A model generated the notes under the pieces. It did no database searches, was not told where the DNA came from, and was given only the letters and a program-made list of their open reading frames with translations. A stretch of DNA of 64,000 nucleotides. It comes from Octopus bimaculoides. Lineage: Eukaryota. Location of the stretch: assembly GCF_001194135.2 (NCBI RefSeq), contig NC_068984.1:128852167-128916166 (forward strand), written 5' to 3'. Each line of letters opens with the position of its first letter. Position 1 is the first letter of the stretch. A program made the position numbers and the translations under genes. This document shows positions 12,440 to 25,795 of the stretch, piece by piece.

Positions 12440-13428
12440 AGCAAATTCAATGAAAGCGTGGTAAACAATTCCACAATATTTGCCTATCGTCTGCTGGAAA
12501 GATACTCTTCAATCACAGATAATAATCAATGAAAATTTACAGTGGTGAAGAAAGCTGTACTGAAACAAACCAGTATTAAGAAAGAAAAAGATATTGTTAT
12601 AAAATCTGTAATGAACATGTTAAGAGGCTCTAATGAATAAAGAAGAAGCGACAAAACTATAATGTTTGAGATTCAATCTGAGAACAGAGAAACAATGGTG
12701 AAGGTCTTAGTGTCCTACCTATTTTCAGTTGAATTTCTAATCGAACGTAATAAGATTAAAAACCGAAGACCGAAGGAAATAAGATTAATATAGTATTGCA
12801 TAATGAAATTAAATGCAGAAATGAAATTAATAAAAAAGAAACTAGATGGGATGATAAAAGAAATTAGTCACATAAGAGAAATAAATGACGGTGAAGCATA
12901 ACTAGAGAGGGAAAGAGAGAGGAAAAGAAAGAGAGGATGTAAAAGAGAGCTGAGACGAAGAACGTTTTATAAAATCTAATAAACGAAATATCTAATAAAT
13001 CTAATGAACAAGATAACCAAAAATGTATAATTAGAGATAAAGAGTGAGAGAATAAGATACGATTACAGAAAGATAATGAGAAAGAAAAGAGAAACACAGA
13101 AAGAGCAAGTAAATTAGAAAAAGATTTGACTGAGTGAAATATATTAGGGTGAAGAAAGCACACACGCATGTACTCAGATATGCAGTTGTACACAAGGACG
13201 TGCACGCGGGCACGCATATGAACACACACCTATATACGCAGTTACACATACATATACTCGAGATAATGAATGAGTCTCTAAGTTGTTATTCAGCATGCTA
13301 GAAATAGCTACGAAATTTCCTTCAAATATTATCCTAGGTGTGTACACACATTCACGTATATATAGAAATGTGAGGACAAGGAAATAGAAAGAAAAAGGAG
13401 ACGGACGGAAACCGAGAAGAAAAAGGAG

Positions 13429-13482
<54 letters not shown>

Positions 13483-14032
13483 NNNNNNNNNNNNNNNNNN
13501 NNNNNNNNNNNNNNNNNNNNNNNNNNNNNNNNNNNNNNNNNNNNNNNNNNNNNNNNNNNNNNNNNNNNNNNNNNNNNNNNNNNNNNNNNNNNNNNNNNNN
13601 NNNNNNNNNNNNNNNNNNNNNNNNNNNNNNNNNNNNNNNNNNNNNNNNNNNNNNNNNNNNNNNNNNNNNNNNNNNNNNNNNNNNNNNNNNNNNNNNNNNN
13701 NNNNNNNNNNNNNNNNNNNNNNNNNNNNNNNNNNNNNNNNNNNNNNNNNNNNNNNNNNNNNNNNNNNNNNNNNNNNNNNNNNNNNNNNNNNNNNNNNNNN
13801 NNNNNNNNNNNNNNNNNNNNNNNNNNNNNNNNNNNNNNNNNNNNNNNNNNNNNNNNNNNNNNNNNNNNNNNNNNNNNNNNNNNNNNNNNNNNNNNNNNNN
13901 NNNNNNNNNNNNNNNNNNNNNNNNNNNNNNNNNNNNNNNNNNNNNNNNNNNNNNNNNNNNNNNNNNNNNNNNNNNNNNNNNNNNNNNNNNNNNNNNNNNN
14001 NNNNNNNNNNNNNNNNNNNNNNNNNNNNNNNN

Positions 14033-14073
<41 letters not shown>

Positions 14074-15157
14074 CATATATATATGTATATATATGTACAT
14101 ATATATACATATATATAGAGAGACAGAGAGAGAAAGAGAGAGAAGGAGGTGAGAGAGAAAGAGAGAGAAAGAGAGAGAAAGAGGTGAGAGAGAAGGAGGT
14201 GAGAGAGAAAGAGAGAGTGAAAATAAAAGAGAAAAAATGAAGAAAAATGTGATTTAGACAAAGCAAAACAACACTAAAAATGGCAAGTTAAACAATAAGA
14301 AACATTGACATTGGATTGTGTCATTGAGTTCACATAATATTTTGCTTGCATTCATTTTTATTTCCATCACCTGATTCCTATTTAAATTAGAACATTTGTA
14401 TAACAATGACATGTCTATATATGTCTATAACAGTGACTTGGTTAGTGAGACTATATCTCTTACTAAATGTCATTAATAGTTACTTTTCTGCTTTTGTTTA
14501 TGTTACTGATTGTGACAATATGTGTCTGTATGTGCCTACACTAGTGATTTGTCAACTATTTAGCAATGATCTGTTGGTATAAGTCTATAATAGCGGTGTT
14601 TCAGCATGACCGCAGTCAAATAACTGAAACAAATAAAAGAATAAAAGAATATATATATATATATATANNNNNNNNNNNNNNNNNNNNNNNNNNNNNNNNN
14701 NNNNNNNNNNNNNNNNNNNNNNNNNNNNNNNNNNNNNNNNNNNNNNNNTATATATTTTATATATATTCACCATGATAGATCGCTAGCCACTACAGATTCT
14801 TTTTTCTCTCTCCTTGTTTCTTTCTGTGTTCCCTTATTGTACTGAAAAGTACATTGATATATAATTAATTTATTTTATTTAATTCAATTCAATAATGAAT
14901 TTGCATTATTTTTATATCTCTGTACGAAACAATCGTCTGCAAGAATTAAAATTCTCTTATATATTTTAACAACTTCTCTTAAAACAATTGTAATCAAGCC
15001 TTGGTCACAACTGTCCGACGAACGGGAATGTGACACTCTGAGTCACATTTTTTTGTGATGCTTTTGTAGCTTTAATAAAAAAAAGCATATTACTCTATCT
15101 TCGATATTCGTGTACTATTTATTTTCACCTTGTTTTGCATTTATGTGTTTACTCGTG

Positions 15158-15195
<38 letters not shown>

Positions 15196-15203
15196 CAGTT
15201 TAT

Positions 15204-15830
15204 GAGGGAGTTTCAAACAAATCCACCTGCACATCATGCATTTACTCGAATTATACATAAGATTGAATCACATGGTATTGTTGGAATATCTACGACAAAC
15301 GTTCCGGACGACCACAAATTTTGACGAACCTCACAAAGCAAACAAAAACATAATGGTACAAGAAACGTATTGACAGAGTTCCAGAAAATTTGTGCGGTAA
15401 GTGAATTGTTAGACAAATTTCAGCATCAAACGTCCATCTTATTTCGAAGCATTGAATTATAAAACTTGCTTCAATGCTGACAATAAAGATGATCCGGACC
15501 GAAAAGTAAAGATTTGCGTGGGCCATTTGGTAAAATGTATAGAAGATTCACACTTTCCAACAAGGAAGATGATCCGGGCCGAAAAGTAAAGATTTGTGCG
15601 TGCCACACTTTCCAACAATGCAGATGGTCCGGAGCGAAAATAAAGATCTGCGTGAGCCATTTGGTAAAATGTATAGAAAATTCACACTTTCCAACAAATA
15701 TTGTTTGGAGTAGTGAAGCTACATTAAATTAAATAGCTCAACTGACCGATAAAATTGCATCTACTGAGGACTTGAAAATCTGCATATTACAGAGGAACAT
15801 CATGTTAATTTACCAGGAGTTATAATATTA
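15204..15830 (+). pseudogene. Tc1/mariner-superfamily transposase fragment, rosa/DD41D-like with a DUF4817-type N-terminus
   Basis: Frameshifted translation REFQTNPPAHHAFTRIIHKIESHG...DKRSGRPQ and IVWSSEAT/KLNSSTDR*NCIY*GLENLHITEEHHVNLPGV matches the pattern (F/W)SDEA.F.LNG.VN..NC.YW...NP...LPGVTVW of this family. It carries stops and frameshifts. Confidence 0.75.
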
Positions 15831-15974
15831 TAAAACAAATCATCGACATTATTAACTGAACTATTCGTTTATTTTTTTTACGGTACTCACTTTACTTTAA
15901 CTTATTGCGACAATCTGTCATGTGAAATATCCAAGATACTTTTATTACATCATGTACCATATTAATTTCAAAAT

Positions 15975-16165
15975 TCTGGCAAAAGGCCAGCAATTTCAAG
16001 AAGGGAGTACGTCAATTACATCGATCCCAGTGTCCAACTGGTACTTATTTTATCGACAACGAAAGGATGAAGAGCAAAGTCGACTTCGAAATTTGAACTC
16101 AGAACTCAGAACATAAAGACAAGCGAATTGCTGCTAAGCATTCTGCTCGGTATACTAACAATTCT
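15975..16165 (-). mobile_element. SINE family A (diverged)
   Basis: tcgatcccagtgtccaactggtacttattttatcgac...caaagtcgacttcg...aatttgaactcagaac...ctgctaagcatt. Confidence 0.8.
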
Positions 16166-17005
16166 ACCAGCGTATTATGCACGATTCGAAGCTTTCCGCT
16201 TTCCTGTCACAAATAATTTCTAGTTCTTCGTATCTTGAGACATACACATAGCTGTGCGGTTATGCAAAGACATAGCTTTAGAAATATTCCTAATTAGGAG
16301 CACCTGTGACAGTTGACTTCTACCGCAGTCTTGGTTCAAGCTAAGACTTCTGAGTCAAATTTGGCTGACGAAAACTAAGTGGAAGTCCATTGAAAGGGTT
16401 GTTCCTATTCTTGAGAAATTAATTTAAACCACCACCTATTTTAATACCACCATCTGGACTTTGATTGGCTTTAGCACAATACAATTTGTTGCAAGCATTG
16501 GAGCAAGAGTCCAGTCAGAGGGGAAAAAAATCTTCCCATCTTCTCATCAGTTACGAAAATCCTGAAAAAGATTGCTGGAGCCAACCTCTCCTCTTTAAGT
16601 CCCCCACCAAAAAAAAAAAATGGACCGTACTTAAGTATAGCTAGTTTTATGTAGTAAAGCGAGCGACATAATATGTATATGTATCATAGTTGTATCTTAT
16701 TCAAATGTGATTAGATTGTGTCAACATTTAACAGACGAGCTTACATTATGTAAGCCCGTTTGTTGACACAATATGGACCAGTATAAAACTTTGTCTTCTT
16801 ATGAATACACAAGCTTTAGTGCAATTACTGTCACATATGCTATATATTGCCCCCTCTAGCATTGTCCAGCTGTCCATGAGTAATTTAATGGTCAGTCGAT
16901 ATAAACAGGAAATCAGAAAGCAAACTTTATGTAATCCGGTACCAGATTTATTATCGATTAATCAACATGTTGGTCTACATATCTTCTCTGGAAATATCTC
17001 TTTTC

Positions 17006-17067
<62 letters not shown>

Positions 17068-17164
17068 GTCTGTCTGCCTGCCTATCAGTCTGTCTGTCTT
17101 TCTGTATGTCTGTCTAACTAACTATCTATCTATCTGTTTGCCTGCCTGCCTAACAGTCTGTCTT

Positions 17165-17259
<95 letters not shown>

Positions 17260-17724
17260 TTATCTATCTAGCTATCAACCTACCGACATTTTAACTTGCC
17301 TTTCTACATTGATACAGATCGATTGTGTCAATTTGAAATATGGATGTATGGAGTAGAGTAAACTGAAATATTTACACCGAAAGAAGAAGGCGACTAGAAA
17401 ATTTGAAACCGTTAGGAAATGTTGATTGACCACTCTAAACAGTCTGTTCTGCAACTAAGTAAATGTTTGGTTATATCTAGATGTCTAATCTAATACTGAA
17501 ACTGGTTTGTAACACAAATAGTTTGGTAGTTAGCGTGCAACTATTAGACTTTTAGTGAAAAGTTGAAAATCTTAATGTTTAGACAGAATTTGTTAAATAT
17601 ATGTAGTGAAACAGTTTTGGATAATTTCATTGAATTACTTCGCTAACAAATAAACATACATACACGCACATACACATACATACAAATACACCCGCATATA
17701 TAAATACACATACACATGCGTACA

Positions 17725-17758
<34 letters not shown>

Positions 17759-17944
17759 CATACATTCATACATTCATACATACATGGATACATACATTCG
17801 TACGTACATGTACAAACGTTTGGACACAAACTCTCGCTCACACAGATTTATATGATAAGTGTTATTAAATACTTATAAAATGTTTCCATTACCGAAACAT
17901 ACACCAATATTTTCATACATACATCATACACACATGTACACCAA

Positions 17945-17977
<33 letters not shown>

Positions 17978-18074
17978 GTGTATGTTTGTGTATGTATGTG
18001 TATGTGTGTGTTTCTGGATGTATATTTGTGTGCGTTTGCTTGAATGCATGTATGTGTATGTGTGCGTGCGTGTG

Positions 18075-18175
<101 letters not shown>

Positions 18176-18519
18176 GTGCGTCCTCTTACACGCACAAAAG
18201 CACCATTTGAGAGTGACACACTCTTACGCATCCATTATTACGCTCTTGAAAAAGACCAGTACTAACAGATATACACACGGATATATACACGCTGCCAAGA
18301 CATAAAAATGGTTAGTTTATACATAACACATGAGGAATGTAATATCAGATGTCAAAGGGGAGAAGCCATTACGAGACTCTGTCGCAGTAGAAAGGTTTCA
18401 TGAGATGATTTTTACGTCAGACATTGGGGACGTCTTCACCTTCACAACAACGTCTGATTTGCTATCATATTCAGACGCAATCGCCTTCCTCTTCTGCCTC
18501 TGCTCATTCAGTCCTCCTC

Positions 18520-18573
18520 TTTCTCTCCATCGTCGTCGTCGTTGCTGTAGCCGTTGTCCTTGTTGTCACCGCC

Positions 18574-18632
<59 letters not shown>

Positions 18633-18944
18633 AATCGCCGTCATCGTCGTCGTCGTCGCTGCTGTTTTTGTTGTCGTCGTTCTCGCCATCATCATCATCA
18701 TCATCGTCGTCATCATCGTCATTGTCATTACCAACGTTATGATCATCATCGTCATCATCATCATCATCATCATCATCATTGTCATCATCACTATCATCAT
18801 TATCGTCATCACCGTTGCCATCCTTATCACTGTCATCACCATTATCGTTATCAACCTCCCGACGATGATGATGACGACGACGACGACGACCACCACCACC
18901 ACCACCACCACAATCACGATCACGATCATCATCATCACTACCAC

Positions 18945-18990
<46 letters not shown>

Positions 18991-19125
18991 GTCGTCATCA
19001 TCATCGTCATCATCATCATTGTCGTCGTCGTCATCATCATCATCATCATCACCACCACGATCATCATCATCATCATCATCGTCATCATCATCATCGTCGT
19101 CATCATCGTCATCATCAATCATCGC
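18520..19125. repeat. ~600-bp degenerate (CAT/CGT/CAC)n trinucleotide array
   Basis: Read directly; it yields poly-His, poly-Ile, poly-Asp and poly-Met ORFs in four frames. Confidence 0.95.
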
Positions 19126-19994
19126 CCTCGTGGTGAGCAGTCAGATGTGTTGATTGTTGTGGCGTTTCTTATCTGCTAAATGACATTCAGCAGCAGAAGT
19201 AACGTAAGACGTGAACAAACGAGATCGTGGACTAGATTCTCTGGAACATTCCTCCACTTTTAGAAGCTTTCACCATCATATCATTGTAGTTGTGTTTATC
19301 ATCATTATCGTCATCGTCGCGGTGATGCTGGTCGTCTTTATCATCATCATTATCATCATCATCATCATGATGTTAATCACCGTTATATAAAATATCAAAT
19401 AAAAATGAATAAAATTCAAGTGCAAAAGCGATAGACTGCGACGGTTAAAATTATCTAATGAAGTTCCTATTACCATAAGAGTGGGAAGAATTATCGTGTT
19501 TCTAGTAAAAAAAACAACCCCAAAACAAAAAAAGACAAAACAAAAAAAAAAAACTAAAAATACTTTCTTTTCCTGATGGCGGTGTTTGCAGCGCGAAGCA
19601 TCAGAATTGTCAACTACCTACAGCATACAAACTTAACTAAATTTACATTCATCAACATAACTATTTTCACAATACTCAAATCTATAAATCCAATTGAAGT
19701 GTACCACAACACATACTAGACACAAAGTTAGTCTTTTTAAATGTCGATATTCTATATTAGAATTCTCAAAATAAAATAATAAATAATTTTTTCCGAAAAT
19801 AACACCAGCATCAGTTTTCTTCTCGTGTCTGAAACTCTATGTGAGATTATCTTTCTCACTTTTTCTAAGAGAGACAATGTTTAGTCTTCTCAATCTAATT
19901 TATGGTGAACGTTAAATAAAATAATCAGAATCAGTTGTTCTCATCCTCAAGATTTTCCAGCACATAAATACAAGGCAGAGACAATAGAAAAGCA

Positions 19995-20190
19995 ACTCCT
20001 ATGTGGTTACTAGACTCGTTAGAAATAGAGACCAAATCTTCCTTCTAATCACACACTACTGTCTTCATAAAAGAAGGACACATTGGAAAAAGCAATATTA
20101 CATTTACTAAACATGAAAGAGAAATAGGATGTGGTCGGTTGGATCATAGGTATATTTAATAAGAGACGACTGGGGCTAAGCAACAGCGAG
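19995..20190 (+). mobile_element. Third dispersed SINE-like family (C); related pieces near 20270, 21380, 53590 and 60400(-)
   Basis: Shared motif tagaaatag(c/a)(a/g)gcc(a/g)aat(c/t)t(c/t)cct...cacac...aaggacacattgga recurs at several positions. Confidence 0.6.
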
Positions 20191-20343
20191 AACAATGAGA
20201 ATCATCTACCGTATTCCTCAACGTTCTCCGAGTTCATACTGCAGGAAAGGGACCAGTCAATATGAGACTACGAGATATAGAAATAGCAGCCGAAATTTCC
20301 CTCAACTCACACATTAATAAAGGAAGGTGCCCTGGAGAACGTA

Positions 20344-20447
<104 letters not shown>

Positions 20448-20940
20448 NNNNNNNNNNNNNNNNNNNNNNNNNNNNNNNNNNNNNNNNNNNNNNNNNNNNN
20501 NNNNNNNNNNNNNNNNNNNNNNNNNNNNNNNNNNNNNNNNNNNNNNNNNNNNNNNNNNNNNNNNNNNNNNNNNNNNNNNNNNNNNNNNNNNNNNNNNNNN
20601 NNNNNNNNNNNNNNNNNNNNNNNNNNNNNNNNNNNNNNNNNNNNNNNNNNNNNNNNNNNAGTAACAGAAAAGCAGCAGGATCAGAAAATATTCACTTTAA
20701 TGTTAACTTTATCTTTCGTATTTATTTTCTTTCGATCTCTTTTACTGTTTGTTTCCTTTTCGTTTAGCCTTTTCGTATATTCTTATTTTATTTCAGGTCG
20801 TGAGCGTTCATTTCAAAAATAAAAACCATTAAAATTCTTCTTATTGGCTATTATACGTGATGATCTTCATTATCAGGATTACCACACCTGTACCTATACA
20901 AACTACAACATAATATCTTTACAAGAAAGGAAAGCTAACA

Positions 20941-21102
20941 GGCATAGGTGTGGTTTGTGGTTAAGAAAGTTACTTCCCAACCATGTGGTCTCAGGCTCAG
21001 TCCCACTACGTGGCACCTTGAGCAAGTGTCTTCTACTATAGCTCCGAGCCGATTTGGAAGACAGGAAATGGAAAATCTGTGTGCGTATATGTGTGTGTCC
21101 TT

Positions 21103-21133
<31 letters not shown>

Positions 21134-21340
21134 CTGAGTTTATGTTTGTTCCCCACCCCCACTTGACAACCGGTGTTGTTTAGTTTATGTCCCCCTAATT
21201 TTTCTGTCCGGTAAAAGAGGCCAATACGATAAGTGCCAGACTTAAAAAAGTTTCTTGCGGGTGGGGCGGACACACTAAAACCTTTCAAGGTCGTGTCCCT
21301 ACATGACTGTAGTCCAATAACTGAAACAAGTAAAAGATAA
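20941..21340 (+). mobile_element. SINE family B, full length with an internal (TG)n
   Basis: Head gtggtttgtggttaagaaag...ctcagtcccactacgtggcaccttgagcaagtgtcttctactatagc, then (TG)n, then tail ...ccagacttaaaaaag...catgactgtagtcc...ctgaaacaagtaaaagataaaa. Confidence 0.9.
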
Positions 21341-21574
21341 AAAAAAGTACACCTAAATCGACGGTGTGACCATACTGGGAATGCTTTCGATCGCAGGGCT
21401 GCTCAACCAGAATAGACCTGGGCCTGAAGTACAATAAGAACAACACATTGGAGGATCATCGCTGTAGATCCTGGAAATCTCAAAGTTCGACCAACCAAGC
21501 GGGGAATTAGAAAACTTCGTTCATGCAGTGTAACTTTTTGTCTTAATCAGGAGATTTATTTTCGTTTCTTTTAT

Positions 21575-21780
21575 CTTTTTCGCTTGTTTCAGTCTTCGGA
21601 CTGCGGTGATGCAAGGGATCCGCCTTGATGTGTTTAGTCGTACAAATCGACCTCAGTATTTAGGTTCTTTAAAGTCGGGAAGTTGTATCGGTTTCTTTTG
21701 CCGAACCACTAATGTTACGAGTATATAAACAGACTAGTACAGATTGTCAAACGGTGGAGGGAGGATAAGCTCAAACACAC
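21575..21780 (-). mobile_element. SINE family B, 3' half
   Basis: Reverse-complement match to the B tail (cttgtttcagtc...actgcggtgatgc...gccgaaccactaa). Confidence 0.8.
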
Positions 21781-21794
21781 ACACACTCACACGT

Positions 21795-21890
<96 letters not shown>

Positions 21891-22562
21891 TTTTCATATG
21901 CTTTTTAGATCTAAGAACTCCACGAACCAACTAAATGTCAGATTTGAATTTTTATTAAATGTAAACATATGAACAAATTTCTTTTGTTGGTCTGGAAGAT
22001 ACCACCCACTCCAGATTAGGCGTGCAGTCAGAGACTGACCTTCTCTCCTTTGAATCAATTTACACTAATTCTGATTCGAACACCACGTATATGAAGTCTG
22101 ATTCAAATGGGCAAAAACATGATATTTTTAAATTTCTTTTTTCTCATTCCACTTTTCGCTTTTACCTGCCCCTCGTTCCCGCTATTTTAGAAACAGACAA
22201 CCATGTTACATGTTTGAATCTGTAAGATAGCTTGGAAACACAAGATATGCTATGCCTGTTTGTTAGTTAATTGTCTTTTCATAGCATGAAACTAATGGTA
22301 GCCCTGTATATAATAAATCCAGCATGCAGCCACATACATGCACGCACACACACGCACACATACATACTCACACACACACGCTCACACACACACTCACATA
22401 CACATATGTTTGTATATATATATATATAAATGTATGCTTATATATGTTTGTATATATAAACATACATTTATATATATATACATTCGTACACACACACACA
22501 TACACACACACACACGCACACACACACGCACGCACACACACACACGCACACACGCACACACC

Positions 22563-22612
<50 letters not shown>

Positions 22613-22614
22613 CT

Positions 22615-22765
22615 CTTCTACAGTTTCCGTCAACCAGATCCATTCACAAAGAATTAGCCTGAGGCTATAGTGGAAGAAATTTGTGCAAAGTGCTGCGCAG
22701 TGGGACTGAAACCGACAACTGCGAGGTTACAAAGCGAGTTTCTTAGCCACACTCTCATGCCAATT
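22615..22765 (-). mobile_element. SINE family B, 5' half
   Basis: cagtttccgtcaaccagatccattcacaaag...gaggctatagtggaag...gtgctgcgcagtgggactgaaacc...ttcttagccacac. Confidence 0.85.
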
Positions 22766-24124
22766 GTTATTATTTGTTTTTGTTTTGACTGCAAATGATA
22801 CCCTAATCAATCTGTCACTTGAACAAGCCTCCACAACCACCACTGTCACTACCATTACCATAACCATCACTTCTCCATAATAAGATGCGTATTCTAATCC
22901 TGACATTCTAAAACACCGTCGAATGAAGTTCAATGGAAATCTAGGCGGAACATCTGGGAATTTAAAATCTTGAAAAATCCGAAAAACTAACGTGAATTAT
23001 TGGCTTTATGTCTGATCTAAGACGAGGGGATATAATTAAATGTCACCTATGAGGAATTTAATGTTTACGTAATTGTATTTTGGACTAACGAAGACACATA
23101 ATATAATATTTCGAGACGACAAACTTTGAGAGGACAACAGTTATAGGAAACTGTTAAAGTTAGCTATTCTGAACACGAAATAAGCCGACATTTGTTTTCT
23201 GGAAGAAAGCGAGCTGTTATATAAGGATACGTTTTATATGGTGCTTGAGAAGGCAAGAGAAAATATGTGTAGAGTATATATGAATTCAGGGAGTATTAAG
23301 CTTATGTATACTAATACATAAGCTGATTATCCTACTTATTGTACGTAGATCGTAGGAAAGCAAATACATCGCGGTTTTCGTCGGGAGTTAATATGCGTTA
23401 CTGACGATACCGCTGTAAATTTGCTTTTCTTGCAATGTATTTGCATTGAGTATGATGCACAGTTGACTGTTTTAATCTGATACTGCTTTTGTTTCATATA
23501 ACAGATTGTAATGTATTGGTATATTTACTAACATGAACTTTACATCTGCGAATATGAGAAGCTGTAAGCAACATTAGGGAAATGACTTGTGAGATAGAAT
23601 GTTCTCATTAAAAATAGAAATATTTATAGCTAATCACTTGTTTTAAAAACTAAGTGCACTACAGATAACATTTATTCTTTCGTATAATAGTATTACATGA
23701 AACAGATCTAACTCAATATAGAGGTAGTATCACTTAGACACTTCTAAAATATCAGCCTGGTTTTACACGTGAATGGTTTTAAAAACAAAATAAGGATCTA
23801 TTGGGATTTACACATTCGCATAAAAAGCGCGCGTTCCTTTTTGTGAAATTTAAATGAAATTAATAAAACTACAATCGAATTCTATTATTGATTTTTGTGA
23901 TTAGAGATAAATCTAATGGCTAATAGACCTACTGATGTTAATGTGGAGTTTGTCACGGTATATTACTATTAATCCAGAAAGAATTATGCTTGAGTTTCCA
24001 GAAAAGATTGAACTAATTTCGTGTATTGAAATTTTTTTCTTTCTTACAATTGTGTTAAATTGCATATGTGCGCGCGCGCGTGTGTCTTTGTGTGTGTGTG
24101 TGTGGGTGTGGGTGAATTCTTTTA

Positions 24125-24330
24125 TTCTTTTACTTGTTTCAATCATTTTACTGCAGCCATGCTGGAGCACCGCTTTAAAGGGTTTTAGTAGAAGAAATCT
24201 ACACCAGGTCTTATTTCATAAGCCTAGTACTTATTCTATCGGGCTCTTTCGCCGAACCGTTAAGTTACAGGGAGTGTAAACATACCACCATCGGTTGTCA
24301 AGCGATGGTGGGGGGCCAAACATGGACACA
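24125..24330 (-). mobile_element. SINE family B, 3' half
   Basis: cttttacttgtttcaatc...cagccatgctggagcaccgc...gccgaaccgttaagttacagg...cggttgtcaagcgatg. Confidence 0.85.
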
Positions 24331-24425
24331 TAGATTTATACATATTTATCGTTGGTATTATGTTAAACTGTCGTATGTCCAAATTCGGCCAAATGTGTTC
24401 TTTTTTCAATATTCAATTTTGCTAA

Positions 24426-24645
24426 GGCGGCGAGCTGGCAGAAACGTTAGCACGCCGGGCGAAATGTTTAGCTGTATTTCGTCTGACTTTGCGTTCTGAG
24501 TTCAAATTCTGCCGAGGTCGATTTTGCCTTTCATCCTTTCGGAGTCCATAAATTAAGTACGATTTGCGTACTGGGGTCGATCTATCTAATCGACTGGCCC
24601 CCTCCAACAGAATTTCAGGCCTTGTGCCTTGAGTAGAAAAGAATA
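24426..24645 (+). mobile_element. SINE family A, full length and relatively intact
   Basis: ggcggcgagctggcagaaacgttagcacgccgggcgaaatg...ctgagttcaaattctgccgaggtcgattttgcctttcatcc...ggccttgtgcct. Confidence 0.92.
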
Positions 24646-25295
24646 TTTAATTTTGTTTGAAATAGCCGGTTCTTTTGGTCAAACTATCGTCTCTCTAGCT
24701 GCTTTAGATGTCAAGATATGACATACATCTTTCACATTCTCCCTTCTTTCACTTTAAAAGAAAAGTAGCTAAATAAAAAATTCTTACTGAAATNNNNNNN
24801 NNNNNNNNNNNNNNNNNNNNNNNNNNNNNNNNNNNNNNNNNNNNNNNNNNNNNNNNNNNNNNNNNNNNNNNNNNNNNNNNNNNNNNNNNNNNNNNNNNNN
24901 NNNNNNNNNNNNNNNNNNNNNNNNNNNNNNNNNNNNNNNNNNNNNNNNNNNNNNNNNNNNNNNNNNNNNNNNNNNNNNNNNNNNNNNNNNNNNNNNNNNN
25001 NNNNNNNNNNNNNNNNNNNNNNNNNNNNNNNNNNNNNNNNNNNNNNNNNNNNNNNNNNNNNNNNNNNNNNNNNNNNNNNNNNNNNNNNNNNNNNNNNNNN
25101 NNNNNNNNNNNNNNNNNNNNNNNNNNNNNNNNNNNNNNNNNNNNNNNNNNNNNNNNNNNNNNNNNNNNNNNNNNNNNNNNNNNNNNNNNNNNNNNNNTAT
25201 AAACGCACATACTGCCTCTGCAATATAAACACACACACACACACACTCAGTCCTGGTTTGACTAGCAGAAAACCGCCCGGAAGGTAGTCTTTTTG

Positions 25296-25334
<39 letters not shown>

Positions 25335-25584
25335 GTATTCTCCTTGTACTCTTCCTCAAGCTGAATCAACCTCACACAATATCTAGTAAGACGGTTTTCT
25401 TGAATTGCAGATGTAAACCATCCGGCGTGATTCCACACAATTTTCGTCTATGCAGTTTCACCCACAAGAGCGTTCGTGTGTGTGTGTGTGCGTGCGTGTA
25501 TGTATGCATGTGTGTGTATGTGTATGTATATATGTGTGTGTGTATGTGTGTGTGTGTATGTATGTGTTTGTGTGTGTGTGTGTG

Positions 25585-25795
25585 TTTGTGCTTGGCCACT
25601 CCATCGCTTAACAACCGCTGTTGGGTTTTTCACGTCCAAGTAACATAACGGTTCGCCCTAAAATCGATGCAATAAGTACCAGACTTAAAAAAGAATATAT
25701 AAGTTCTAGTGTTGATTTGTTCAGCTAAACCCTTGAAGGCGGTGCTCCAACATGACTGTAGTCCAATCATGGAAACGGCTAAAACAGATGCACGC
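25585..25795 (+). mobile_element. SINE family B, 3' half
   Basis: catcgcttaacaaccgctg...aataagtaccagacttaaaaaag...gaaggcggtgctccaacatgactgtagtcc. Confidence 0.8.

Noticed and set aside
13174-14266. ORFs of 228-310 aa in all six frames (likewise around 24732, 30043, 31436, 32864, 43485, 49384, 51159 and 55922)
   Set aside because: They read through N-gaps and flanking dinucleotide repeats and are artefacts.
15488-15698. CRISPR-like repeat array (also considered for 57910-58325)
   Set aside because: Tandem units without unique spacers, eukaryotic context and no cas genes.
24426-24500. Genuine tRNA genes at SINE heads
   Set aside because: A- and B-box-like motifs continue into SINE bodies, copies are diverged, and no cloverleaf is evident.
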